Assembly: GCA_949290785.1 (NCBI GenBank)
Contig: CASETE010000011.1
Location: 5,893-69,892 of the forward strand
Length of the DNA: 64,000 bases
From: an uncultured Pseudomonadota bacterium
Lineage (GTDB): Bacteria > Pseudomonadota > Alphaproteobacteria > Rs-D84
Direction: 5' to 3'
Position 1 is the first letter of the stretch. Every line of letters starts with the position of its first letter. A program made the position numbers and the translations under genes. The notes beneath the pieces were generated by a model that worked only from the letters and a program-made list of their open reading frames with translations, had not been told where the DNA came from and ran no database searches. Positions 19,397-27,955 of the stretch are shown piece by piece.

Positions 19397-19672
19397 TTAT
19401 AAAGAATATCCAGCAAACTCATCCTTGCACAGTTGTTGACACAGTTCAGGGAATGGGTATTCTTTTAGGTACTTTTCCATTTCTTTTGTTGTTTTATACT
19501 TTCCCGTTATCGTTCGTGTAAAGACATTACCATTTGAATCACAGCATACACATTCACGGGCATGCAGTATGGTTAAATCGTTTTTTGTGTTTTTGTTGCC
19601 GATATAAAATCCGGTACCAAACAAAGCAATTATAAAGGCGGCACCTATTATCCAATAAAATGTTTTACGCAT
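19397..19672 (-). CDS. Small single-TM protein with ECVCCDS cysteine motif; tandem paralog B; unknown function
   Basis: 91 aa; same architecture as 19111-19377; divergent C-terminus. Confidence 0.45.
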   Translation of the reverse strand: MRKTFYWIIGAAFIIALFGTGFYIGNKNTKNDLTILHARECVCCDSNGNVFTRTITGKYKTTKEMEKYLKEYPFPELCQQLCKDEFAGYSL

Positions 19673-19675
19673 AGT

Positions 19676-22600
19676 TTATCCTTTATGCTTTTTTATAGAA
19701 ATAGATAGGTTATAACCTTCTATTTCTGTGTTATATTTTCCGTCACCACGTGACATATTTGTTATTAATGCCTCGTCCATAATGTGTTGGCGGTGTTGTT
19801 CAATAGCATTTGCCAATGCTGGATCTGCATTATATTCTAATATTATCCTGTCTGACACATCCATACCAGCATTTTTTCTGGTATCTTGTATGAAACGCAA
19901 TGCGTCATTTGCCAGACCTTCGGCAACCAGTTCTGAATTTATTTCGGTATCCAACACAATAACAGCGGTATTGTCTGGCAAGGCGCAACCCGTTACACCC
20001 TGTTTTACGGTTAAACGTTTTTCAAATTCATCAGAATTTAAAGTATATTGCCCGACTTTCAACTTAGCGTCAGACATTTCGTATTCGCCACGTTTTACAG
20101 CAGGTATGATTTCTTTTAATGCGCCACCCAATCTTGCACCGATTTTCGGTGTAATTAGGTATACAAAAGAATCTGCCACGCCCGAGATATCGTCAGTAAA
20201 TTGAATTTCTTTTATATTTAATTCGTCTTTTATTATATCCGCGTATTCTGTTAAATCAGTTCCTGCAACCGTCATCTTAGACAGTGGAAGACGATTGCGC
20301 AGTTTATATTGTTCACGCAGTTGTTTGCCAACAGAAACGATTGATTGCACGCGACGCATATCTTCTACGATTTTATGGTCGTATTCTTGTGCAACAGGGA
20401 AAGATTGCAGATGCACACTTTCTGTTCCCGTTAAGTTTTTGTAAATATAGTCGCTGATAAATGGAGCAAACGGTGCCAACGTGCGACATAGATTTATTAA
20501 AACGTAATACAAGGTATCAAATGCGTCTTGTTCTTCATCCCAGAAACGTGCGCGACCACGACGAATATACCAGTTATTTAATACGTCCAAGAACCTTACG
20601 AATTCTTTAATTGCAACGTCTGGTTTATATTCGTTAAGTGCTGTGGATACAACAGAAACTAACTCGTTTAATTCTGCCAAGATATATTTATCCAACACGT
20701 TTTCTGAATCTGTTTTTTCTTGCGCTGTTATATTTCCAGCGTTTGCGTATAAAGTAAAGAAGTGATACGCATTCCACAGCGGCGTCAGAATTGTCTTTGT
20801 TGATTCTGTAAAGACCTTGCCTTCTATGTCAATTCCAACTGGTTCCGCCTTTAAGAAGTTTGAACCTAATATGAATAAACGTACCGCGTCTGCACCATAT
20901 TTTTCAATCTGTTCTTCTGGGTTAACAAAGTTCCCCAAAGATTTAGACATTTTCTTTTTGTTATCATCAACGACCATACCATTTACAGAAACGGTCTTGA
21001 ACGCAGGCTTATCAAATAACGCGGTTGCCAAAACCATCAAAGAATAAAACCAACCGCGTGTTTGATCTTGACCTTCTATTATATAGTCAGCAGGGAAAGT
21101 CGCTTCAAATTTATCTGCGTTTTCAAATGGGTAATGCAGCGATGCAAAAGGCATAGAACCAGATTCAACCCAGCAATCTAAAACGTCTGTAATACGTTTC
21201 CACCCGTCTTTTGTAAGTGCGTCTAATGTCGGGCGATGCAGGTCATGAATTTCCACACCGAAAAATTCTTCCATTTCTGAAATAGAGCCAAAGATTTTAT
21301 ACTGCCCGTCTTTTTCCCATATCGGCAGTGGTGTTCCCCAGAAACGATTTCTTGATACAGACCATGGACGTGCACCTTCTATCCAGGACAAAAAGCGGTC
21401 GCCGGCAGAAGTCCATTTTGTATAGTTTTTTGTATTCTCAATTAATTTTTCACGGATTTTTGGTACGTCAATATACCAAGAATCTGTTGCACGATAAATC
21501 AGCTTTTCTTTACTACGTGGACCATATGGATAACTATGTTTATATTGTTCTTTTTTAACTAGGTGACCGTTATCACGCAGGTGCTGTATAATTTTTGGGT
21601 TTGCGACGAATATATTTTCCCCTGCCCAATCTTTGACTTCATTCGTAAAATTACCATAGTCATCAACGTTTAATAGAACCGGGAACCTTGGGTCAATGTT
21701 TTTTGCTGCCCAGAAGTCATCTTCACCATAAGCTGGTGCGATATGAACGATACCAGTACCGTCAGAATCAGATACGTATTCAGCAGGTATGATTTGATAT
21801 AACAAACCTGTTTCGTCATTTGAATAGTAATCAAACAAAGGACGATATTTTTTACCGACCAGTTCACTGCCTTTTAATTCGCCAATCTTTTTTGTGGCTG
21901 CAAATTGCTTTTCATATGCAGAAAGTCTGGTTTCAGCGATTACATAAACGCTGCCGTCTTCGTCTTGCATGCGAAGATAGTTCATGTTTGGGTTTACTGC
22001 CAAAGCGGAATTTGCCGGCAAAGTCCATGGTGTTGTTGTCCATGCCAATACTCTGTCCCCGTTTTCTAGTTCAAACCAAACAGTGATTGCGTCATCAACG
22101 ACGTCTTGATATTCACTAGATGCTTCAGAATTAGATAAAACGGTACCTAACTTCCAATCAAACGGGTTAACACGATAATCTTTATATAACAAGCCCTTAT
22201 TATGCAATTCTTTCATTGCCCATATAACAGATTCCATATAATTTTTGTCCATTGTGCGATAGCCTTTTTCATCACCGCCATCAACCCAACGACCGATACG
22301 TTCAATAAATTTTAGCCACTCATTAGAATATGTTAAAACATCATTTCTGCACATATCACAGAATGCTGCAATACCGTCTGTTGCGACAATATCTTTTGCT
22401 TGTCTGCCTTGCTTTTTTTCAGCGGATGCTTCTGCGGGCAGTCCATGGCAATCCCAACCAAGTTCGCGAACAACATGTTTTCCAAGCATGGTCTGATAAC
22501 GACCAACCATATCTTTTACGGCAGAAACGCCCAAGTGTCCCCAATGTGGCAAATTATTTGCAAAAGGAGGTCCGTCATAGAACGAGAAAGGATGGCCTAA

Positions 22601-22711
22601 TTTAGTTTGATTTAAAGACTTGTGAAAGGTGTCATCACTTCTCCAGAAAGTCAGCATTTCTTGTTCCAGTTTTGGGAAATCGGCTTTTGGTTCTGTTTTT
22701 GGGTATGCCAT
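19676..22711 (-). CDS. ileS: Isoleucine--tRNA ligase (long ~1011 aa form)
   Basis: Class I aaRS with HxGH-type (PHWGH) and KMSKS motifs; editing and anticodon-binding regions. Confidence 0.9.
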   Translation of the reverse strand: MAYPKTEPKADFPKLEQEMLTFWRSDDTFHKSLNQTKLGHPFSFYDGPPFANNLPHWGHLGVSAVKDMVGRYQTMLGKHVVRELGWDCHGLPAEASAEKKQGRQAKDIVATDGIAAFCDMCRNDVLTYSNEWLKFIERIGRWVDGGDEKGYRTMDKNYMESVIWAMKELHNKGLLYKDYRVNPFDWKLGTVLSNSEASSEYQDVVDDAITVWFELENGDRVLAWTTTPWTLPANSALAVNPNMNYLRMQDEDGSVYVIAETRLSAYEKQFAATKKIGELKGSELVGKKYRPLFDYYSNDETGLLYQIIPAEYVSDSDGTGIVHIAPAYGEDDFWAAKNIDPRFPVLLNVDDYGNFTNEVKDWAGENIFVANPKIIQHLRDNGHLVKKEQYKHSYPYGPRSKEKLIYRATDSWYIDVPKIREKLIENTKNYTKWTSAGDRFLSWIEGARPWSVSRNRFWGTPLPIWEKDGQYKIFGSISEMEEFFGVEIHDLHRPTLDALTKDGWKRITDVLDCWVESGSMPFASLHYPFENADKFEATFPADYIIEGQDQTRGWFYSLMVLATALFDKPAFKTVSVNGMVVDDNKKKMSKSLGNFVNPEEQIEKYGADAVRLFILGSNFLKAEPVGIDIEGKVFTESTKTILTPLWNAYHFFTLYANAGNITAQEKTDSENVLDKYILAELNELVSVVSTALNEYKPDVAIKEFVRFLDVLNNWYIRRGRARFWDEEQDAFDTLYYVLINLCRTLAPFAPFISDYIYKNLTGTESVHLQSFPVAQEYDHKIVEDMRRVQSIVSVGKQLREQYKLRNRLPLSKMTVAGTDLTEYADIIKDELNIKEIQFTDDISGVADSFVYLITPKIGARLGGALKEIIPAVKRGEYEMSDAKLKVGQYTLNSDEFEKRLTVKQGVTGCALPDNTAVIVLDTEINSELVAEGLANDALRFIQDTRKNAGMDVSDRIILEYNADPALANAIEQHRQHIMDEALITNMSRGDGKYNTEIEGYNLSISIKKHKG

Positions 22712-22735
22712 AATAAAAACTCCGTTTGGTTTTAT

Positions 22736-22822
22736 TTATAAAAAACGGGCGCCTATGCGCCCCAGCCACGTGCAGAAGCGCGGTGCCGAGTTATTTTATA
22801 ATAATTATGCTTGTTAATTTCA
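22736..22822 (-). promoter_or_regulatory. Candidate ileS leader-peptide attenuator: 10-codon ORF MKLTSIIIIK (22790-22822) followed by terminator GGGCGC-ATAG-GCGCCC + GTTTTTTA (22736-22761), 24 nt before the ileS ATG
   Basis: Read on the minus strand: ATG AAA TTA ACA AGC ATA ATT ATT ATA AAA TAA, then GC-rich hairpin and T run in the ileS orientation. Four consecutive Ile codons directly upstream of the Ile-tRNA synthetase gene. Confidence 0.45.
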
Positions 22823-22936
22823 TTGCTAGTGCAATTTTAGTATAGAAAAATATAAAATGCTAGTTTTTTTTATAAAAAAGTTGAAATTTGTTTATTTTTA
22901 TGGTGTAATATTCCCCGCTAAAAAAGGATTTAGAAG

Positions 22937-23305
22937 ATGAGCAGTAAAAAAATAGATAGTAAATTATTAATGATAAAGACCGTAAACATAGCGCAACGCA
23001 GTTGCGTATTGACTGTATTACCAATGGTTTTATTTGGTGCGGTGTTTGCTTGTCCTGCAATGGGTTTGTGTGATTCAATAAACGCGGTAAGAAACACCAA
23101 GGATAAAAGCAAGCGCGCAAAGGTTGGTATAGATACTGCGGCAGATACAATTTGTAAAGTTGCCAAAGTACCGTTTGAGTTTGTTGTTGAAACATACAAA
23201 TATGGAACAGAAAAGTTAGAAAAATACAAATCTCAGAATCAGAAGTTTGAGTTAGCTAAAAAAAACATCGTTCAAACAAAACAGCGAAGCGCGCGGCAAA
23301 GATAA
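22937..23305 (+). CDS. Hypothetical protein (122 aa), one hydrophobic segment
   Basis: ORF followed by hairpin terminator AAAGCCAC-TTTT-GTGGCTTTTTT at ~23306-23330; no recognisable domain. Confidence 0.3.
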   Translation: MSSKKIDSKLLMIKTVNIAQRSCVLTVLPMVLFGAVFACPAMGLCDSINAVRNTKDKSKRAKVGIDTAADTICKVAKVPFEFVVETYKYGTEKLEKYKSQNQKFELAKKNIVQTKQRSARQR

Positions 23306-23336
23306 AAAGCCACTTTTGTGGCTTTTTTAATTTATC

Positions 23337-23412
23337 TGGTGCCGGTTATAGGACTTGAACCTACGACCCCCTCATTACGAATGAGATGCTCTACCAGCTG
23401 AGCTAAACCGGC
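23337..23412 (-). tRNA. tRNA-Thr (anticodon CGU)
   Basis: Cloverleaf GCCGGTTTAGCTCAGCTGGTAGAGCATCTCATTCGTAATGAG..GTTCAAGTCC..AACCGGCACCA with encoded CCA. Confidence 0.85.
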
Positions 23413-23530
23413 ATGTAGCCAATATCATAATATATGTTTTTACGAATTTCCAGTATATTTTTTTATTGTTAAATACGAATAAATTCATTAATATATTAAT
23501 GTATATTTAACTATAAAAAGGAAGAATTAA

Positions 23531-24100
23531 ATGAAAAAAATATTTTTAACAACAATTTTAGCAATATTACCAATATCTGCGTTTGCAGAAATAGAATATA
23601 AAATTATAAAACCAAAATTTTTTGTAGAATATGGTGCCACTATATTATCAAGTAATGGCATAAAAACCAAAGCTAATGATACAGTTGTTTCAGATGTTGA
23701 TACGTTAACTTTTAATGCAGGAAATGCATTATTTGTTGGTGGAGATTTTAATGGTGTTCAATTAGGTTTTTCACCATCGTATACAGACCAAGAAGGAACA
23801 TCAGAATTTGATTTGTTATTAAAGTTAGATATACCTTTTATGGAAGGTAATTTTCAACCGTATTTTTCTTTATCTGCTGGGTTGGGTATAATGAGTATGG
23901 ATGATTTAAATATAGATAACGAGCTTGGTTTTGCATATGGTATAGGTGGTGGAGTAAAATATAGTTTCAGTGAAAATATTTATATGAAATTTGGCTTAGA
24001 ATATGCAGGAACAAGTTTTTCTACATCAGTTGAAAATGTAGACATTAATTTAACATCTTCTGGATTTGGTCTAACAGCTAATTTTGGATATGTATTTTAA
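23531..24100 (+). CDS. Outer-membrane beta-barrel protein (OMP_b-brl family), signal peptide
   Basis: MKKIFLTTILAILPISAFA signal; amphipathic strands; C-terminal ...NFGYVF. Confidence 0.55.
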   Translation: MKKIFLTTILAILPISAFAEIEYKIIKPKFFVEYGATILSSNGIKTKANDTVVSDVDTLTFNAGNALFVGGDFNGVQLGFSPSYTDQEGTSEFDLLLKLDIPFMEGNFQPYFSLSAGLGIMSMDDLNIDNELGFAYGIGGGVKYSFSENIYMKFGLEYAGTSFSTSVENVDINLTSSGFGLTANFGYVF

Positions 24101-24104
24101 TAAA

Positions 24105-24132
24105 AAAGGCGCTAAATGCGCCTTTTTTATTT
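24105..24132. terminator. Bidirectional intrinsic terminator (A7-GGCGC-TAAAT-GCGCC-T6) between the OMP gene and mnmG
   Basis: Hairpin flanked by an A run and a T run between convergent genes. Confidence 0.5.
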
Positions 24133-25783
24133 AGTTGTTTCCACATTTAATTTTACGCAAAACTACCATTATTCCTGCAGGCGTCATCCCTGGTATTCTG
24201 GATAAGTCCGCTATGTTTTCAGGACGTGTTGCAGTTAGTTTTTCTATTAACTCGTTTGTTAGACCCGGTAGATTTTTATAATCAAAATTTACTGGTATTT
24301 TCATCGCTGCGTCGCGTCTGTACGAAGCGATTTCGCGTTCATTGCGCTGGATATAGCCCGCGTAAAACTTATCATTTTCTTTTATTTTTTCTGCGCGCAG
24401 TGCGTATTTTCTATCAAATTCTTCTTCTGTGATAAGACCCTGTTTTATAGCAAGTTTTCCCAGGCGCGTAATTGCGTTATCACTACGCAGTGATAATCTG
24501 TATTCTGCACGTGAAGTAAACATACGATAAGGTTCATCAACCCCAAGTGTTGTTATATCGTCTATCAACACACCAATCATAGCATTTGTTCTGTCTAGAT
24601 TTAATGTTTCTAAATTCAAGGCAAACGCTGCCGCATTTGCACCAGCAACGATTCCTTGGGCGGCGGCTTCTTCATAACCAGACGTACCATTAATTTGCCC
24701 CGCAAAGAATAGACCAGCAATATCTTTTGATTCCAAGCGTTCGTTCAGCATACGTGCATCTATCGCATCATATTCAATTGCATAACCATAGCGTGCAATT
24801 TTTGCGTTTTCTAAACCCGGAATTGTACGTATCCATTTGTCTTGAATATCCGCGCCAAAACTGGTTGATATGCCGTTGGAATATATTAAATCGCTGTCCA
24901 GACCTTCTGGCTCTAAGAATACATGGTGCGTTGTATGTTCTGGAAATCGCATAACTTTATCTTCCAGCGACGGACAATATCTTGGTCCTGTACCACGAAT
25001 ATCACCGTTATACATAGGTGCGTTTGATATATTATCACGGATAATTTTATGCGTTGTCTCGTTTGTATGTGTTATATAACAAACCGCATCATAATTATTT
25101 TCTGGATTAGGTTCAGAAAACCAATCGTGTGGGGTATCACCTGGTTGCAGTTCACATACAGAAAAATCAATAGAAGATTTTTCAATACGCGCCGGCGTCC
25201 CTGTTTTAAGACGCATTAAAGAAAATCCTGCATCTTTTAATATACCTGATATATTTGTATCTGGTTCTTGATATGTGCCGTCATCTTGTAATCTGCCAGA
25301 CGGTATTTTTTCTGCCCCACGTGTGACAAGCCCTTGCAAGAAAGTCCCTGTCGTCAGTACGATTGCACGTGCGTGATATTTTCTGTTGACAGTTTTTTCT
25401 TTTAAGTTCAGACTTTCAACTTTTTCAAAAACTATATCTAAGTTTTTATATTCTGACAGAATTTTAACGATTGCATTATGATAAAGTTTTCTATCAATCT
25501 GTGCGCGCAGTGCTTGCGTTGCCGCCCCATGCGAAGCGTTCAGCGTACGAAAGTGAATACCTGCGGCGTCTGCTGCGCGCCCCATAATACCACCCAGCGC
25601 ATCTATTTCTGCAACCATTTGAGATTTACCGGGTCCCCCGATACTAGGGTTACAAGACATTGCCCCCAGGTCTGTTTCACTTTGTGTTAATAACAAAGTC
25701 TTTGCGCCACGACGCGCAGCAGCAGCAGCGGCTTCTACGCCGGCATGTCCACCACCGATAACAATTACGTCAAATTCTGTCAT
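24131..25783 (-). CDS. mnmG: tRNA uridine 5-carboxymethylaminomethyl modification enzyme MnmG (GidA)
   Basis: FAD motif DVIVIGGGHAG, SCNPSIGG, C-terminal ..SRIPGMTPAGIMVVL aligns with MnmG to the end. Shorter (550 aa) than E. coli MnmG but not TrmFO. Confidence 0.85.
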   Translation of the reverse strand: MTEFDVIVIGGGHAGVEAAAAAARRGAKTLLLTQSETDLGAMSCNPSIGGPGKSQMVAEIDALGGIMGRAADAAGIHFRTLNASHGAATQALRAQIDRKLYHNAIVKILSEYKNLDIVFEKVESLNLKEKTVNRKYHARAIVLTTGTFLQGLVTRGAEKIPSGRLQDDGTYQEPDTNISGILKDAGFSLMRLKTGTPARIEKSSIDFSVCELQPGDTPHDWFSEPNPENNYDAVCYITHTNETTHKIIRDNISNAPMYNGDIRGTGPRYCPSLEDKVMRFPEHTTHHVFLEPEGLDSDLIYSNGISTSFGADIQDKWIRTIPGLENAKIARYGYAIEYDAIDARMLNERLESKDIAGLFFAGQINGTSGYEEAAAQGIVAGANAAAFALNLETLNLDRTNAMIGVLIDDITTLGVDEPYRMFTSRAEYRLSLRSDNAITRLGKLAIKQGLITEEEFDRKYALRAEKIKENDKFYAGYIQRNEREIASYRRDAAMKIPVNFDYKNLPGLTNELIEKLTATRPENIADLSRIPGMTPAGIMVVLRKIKCGNN

Positions 25784-25788
25784 GATAA

Positions 25789-26517
25789 TTAAAATCTGCC
25801 CATTGCGCCGTTTACATGCAAGGTTTGCCCGTTGATATAAGACGCTTCATCAGATGCCAAGAATACGCAGGCATTTGCGATGTCTTCTGGTTCACCAAAG
25901 CGACCTGCAGGTATTTGTGCCAGATAAGATTGCTTTAGTTCATCAGACAGAACGTCTGTCATAGGTGTTTTAATAAAGCCCGGTGCGATACAGTTAGCAG
26001 TAATCCCGCGCGATGCAACTTCTGCAGCAATAGACTTTGTCATTGCAATCATACCGCCTTTTGATGCGGCATAATTTGCCTGCCCTGGTCCGCCAATTGT
26101 GCCGATAATTGATGCCATATTTATAATGCGACCAAAGCGTTGCTTCATCATAGGCATAATAACCGCGCGACACATTTTAAAACAAGAACGTAAGTTCGTA
26201 TTAATAACGTCGTCAAATTGTTCGTCTGTCATACGCATCAAAAGAGTATCTTTTGTAATACCTGCGTTATTAATCAGAACGTCTATTTTACCGGCTTTTT
26301 CAATTGTGTTCATAATTAATTCAACGCCTGCCCCTTCGGCTGCAAGGTCCGCAGGGATTTTAATATAAGAATCGTCAAATTCTGTTTCTAATTTTGCTAA
26401 ATTTCTACCAGACACAACTACTGTTGCACCGGCTTCTTTCATTTTTTTAGCAATTGCGCCACCGATACCACCGGTTGCACCTGTAATTAATGCGACTTTG
26501 CCTGTTAAATCAAACAT
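25789..26517 (-). CDS. fabG: 3-oxoacyl-[ACP] reductase
   Basis: SDR: TGATGGIG Rossmann motif, catalytic YAASK; 242 aa; adjacent to fabD. Confidence 0.85.
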   Translation of the reverse strand: MFDLTGKVALITGATGGIGGAIAKKMKEAGATVVVSGRNLAKLETEFDDSYIKIPADLAAEGAGVELIMNTIEKAGKIDVLINNAGITKDTLLMRMTDEQFDDVINTNLRSCFKMCRAVIMPMMKQRFGRIINMASIIGTIGGPGQANYAASKGGMIAMTKSIAAEVASRGITANCIAPGFIKTPMTDVLSDELKQSYLAQIPAGRFGEPEDIANACVFLASDEASYINGQTLHVNGAMGRF

Positions 26518-26518
26518 A

Positions 26519-27394
26519 TTATATCTCCAATTTTTTAGATGTCATGTCAGTACATATGCGTCCGGTAAGCCCTGTTAAAACAGCGCCTGGTCCGACTTCA
26601 ATTGTTTCAGTTATACCAAGTTCATGCATTTTTAAAACAGATTCACGCCAACGAACGCCATGCGTAATTTGATATACCAACGCCTCTTTTATTTCTGCAG
26701 CGTCGCTCATTGGCGCTGCTGTTTTATTAGCAATCAGAACGGCTTTTGGTGCTTTTATTTCAATGTTTTCCAATGCTGCGCGCATTTCTTCTGCGGCCGG
26801 TGCTTGGATTCTACAATGAACAGGTACAGACAAGGCAAGCGGCATAGCACGCTTTGCGCCTGCTTCTTTTGCCAGTGCCATAGTTGATTCTACAACATCT
26901 TTTGCGCCAGATATAACGACCTGACCTGGACTGTTGTCATTTGCAACGTCGCAATCTGTTTGTGTGCAAATTTCACGAATTTTTTCAATATCTAAACCAA
27001 GAACAACCGCAGTCAGTCCTTCGCCAACTGGCACCGCGCGTTGCATTGCGTCCCCGCGCAAACGAAGTAGTCTGGCTGTATCTGCCAAGGATAATGCGCC
27101 CGCTGCACATAAAGCGGTATATTCACCCAAAGAGTGCCCCGCAACATATTCAGTAAGAGGCACACCACTTGCCCGCAACATAGCAATAGACATAGCCATA
27201 ATCGCCGGTTGAACATTCGTCGTCAGTGTTAAATCTTCCATTGGACCGTTAAAGATAATATCAGATAATTTTTGATTTAACGCATCATCAACTTCATCAA
27301 ACACAGCGCGTGCCGCAGGGTTATTTTCGTATAAATCTTTTCCCATACCAACGGCTTGCGAGCCTTGCCCAGGGAAAACCAAAATAGATGACAT
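26519..27394 (-). CDS. fabD: Malonyl CoA-ACP transacylase
   Basis: VFPGQGSQ and GHSLGEYTA active-site motifs; 291 aa. Confidence 0.9.
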   Translation of the reverse strand: MSSILVFPGQGSQAVGMGKDLYENNPAARAVFDEVDDALNQKLSDIIFNGPMEDLTLTTNVQPAIMAMSIAMLRASGVPLTEYVAGHSLGEYTALCAAGALSLADTARLLRLRGDAMQRAVPVGEGLTAVVLGLDIEKIREICTQTDCDVANDNSPGQVVISGAKDVVESTMALAKEAGAKRAMPLALSVPVHCRIQAPAAEEMRAALENIEIKAPKAVLIANKTAAPMSDAAEIKEALVYQITHGVRWRESVLKMHELGITETIEVGPGAVLTGLTGRICTDMTSKKLEI

Positions 27395-27424
27395 ATTTAC
27401 ACCTTTGTTCAGTTCATATCCGAA

Positions 27425-27955
27425 TTATACTTTGCGCACAGAGAATTCGCAACCGCAATAATTCTGACGATAAAAATTAGAATTTCTGCCAATTTCTTGA
27501 CGTAATTTTTCATCCCACTTGATTGGTATATAGGAAATATCTCCTAAAGAGCACTGTGCAGCACGGTCAACTTGTGATTGGTCTTTGTGTCGTGATACAC
27601 CAAATACAGATGCGACCGCGTCATATCCATTTTCTTTTGCCCAACGTCGTGCAAATTCAAATCTGAATTCAAAGCAACGACTGCAACGTGCACCTCGCTC
27701 TGGTTCGGCTTCTAAACCACGTACTGCACCGCGCCAGTCTTCGTGATTGTAATTTCCAACAGCGTATTTAACGCCCAAAGATTCGCAATATTTTATTTGC
27801 TCGTTCAGGCGTTTTGTATATTCTGCAGCGGGAAAAATGTTCGGGTTAAAGAACAACACAACAAAGTCATCAACGTCAGGTATTTCGCCGTCCGCTAATT
27901 GCTTTATTGCACCCGCACTGCAAGGTGCACAACAAGACATCAGAACCAGTTTCAT
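27425..27955 (-). CDS. queH: Epoxyqueuosine reductase QueH (DUF208)
   Basis: Conserved CCAPCS and C-terminal NYCGCEFS motifs. ATG overlaps the metG stop (ATGA), suggesting translational coupling. Confidence 0.75.
   Translation of the reverse strand: MKLVLMSCCAPCSAGAIKQLADGEIPDVDDFVVLFFNPNIFPAAEYTKRLNEQIKYCESLGVKYAVGNYNHEDWRGAVRGLEAEPERGARCSRCFEFRFEFARRWAKENGYDAVASVFGVSRHKDQSQVDRAAQCSLGDISYIPIKWDEKLRQEIGRNSNFYRQNYCGCEFSVRKV

Noticed and set aside
24131-25783. Whether the 550 aa FAD protein is TrmFO/Gid rather than MnmG
   Set aside because: It aligns with MnmG through the C-terminal tRNA-binding/MnmE-interaction region (..TSRAEYRL.., ..SRIPGMTPAGI..); it is just a compact MnmG.
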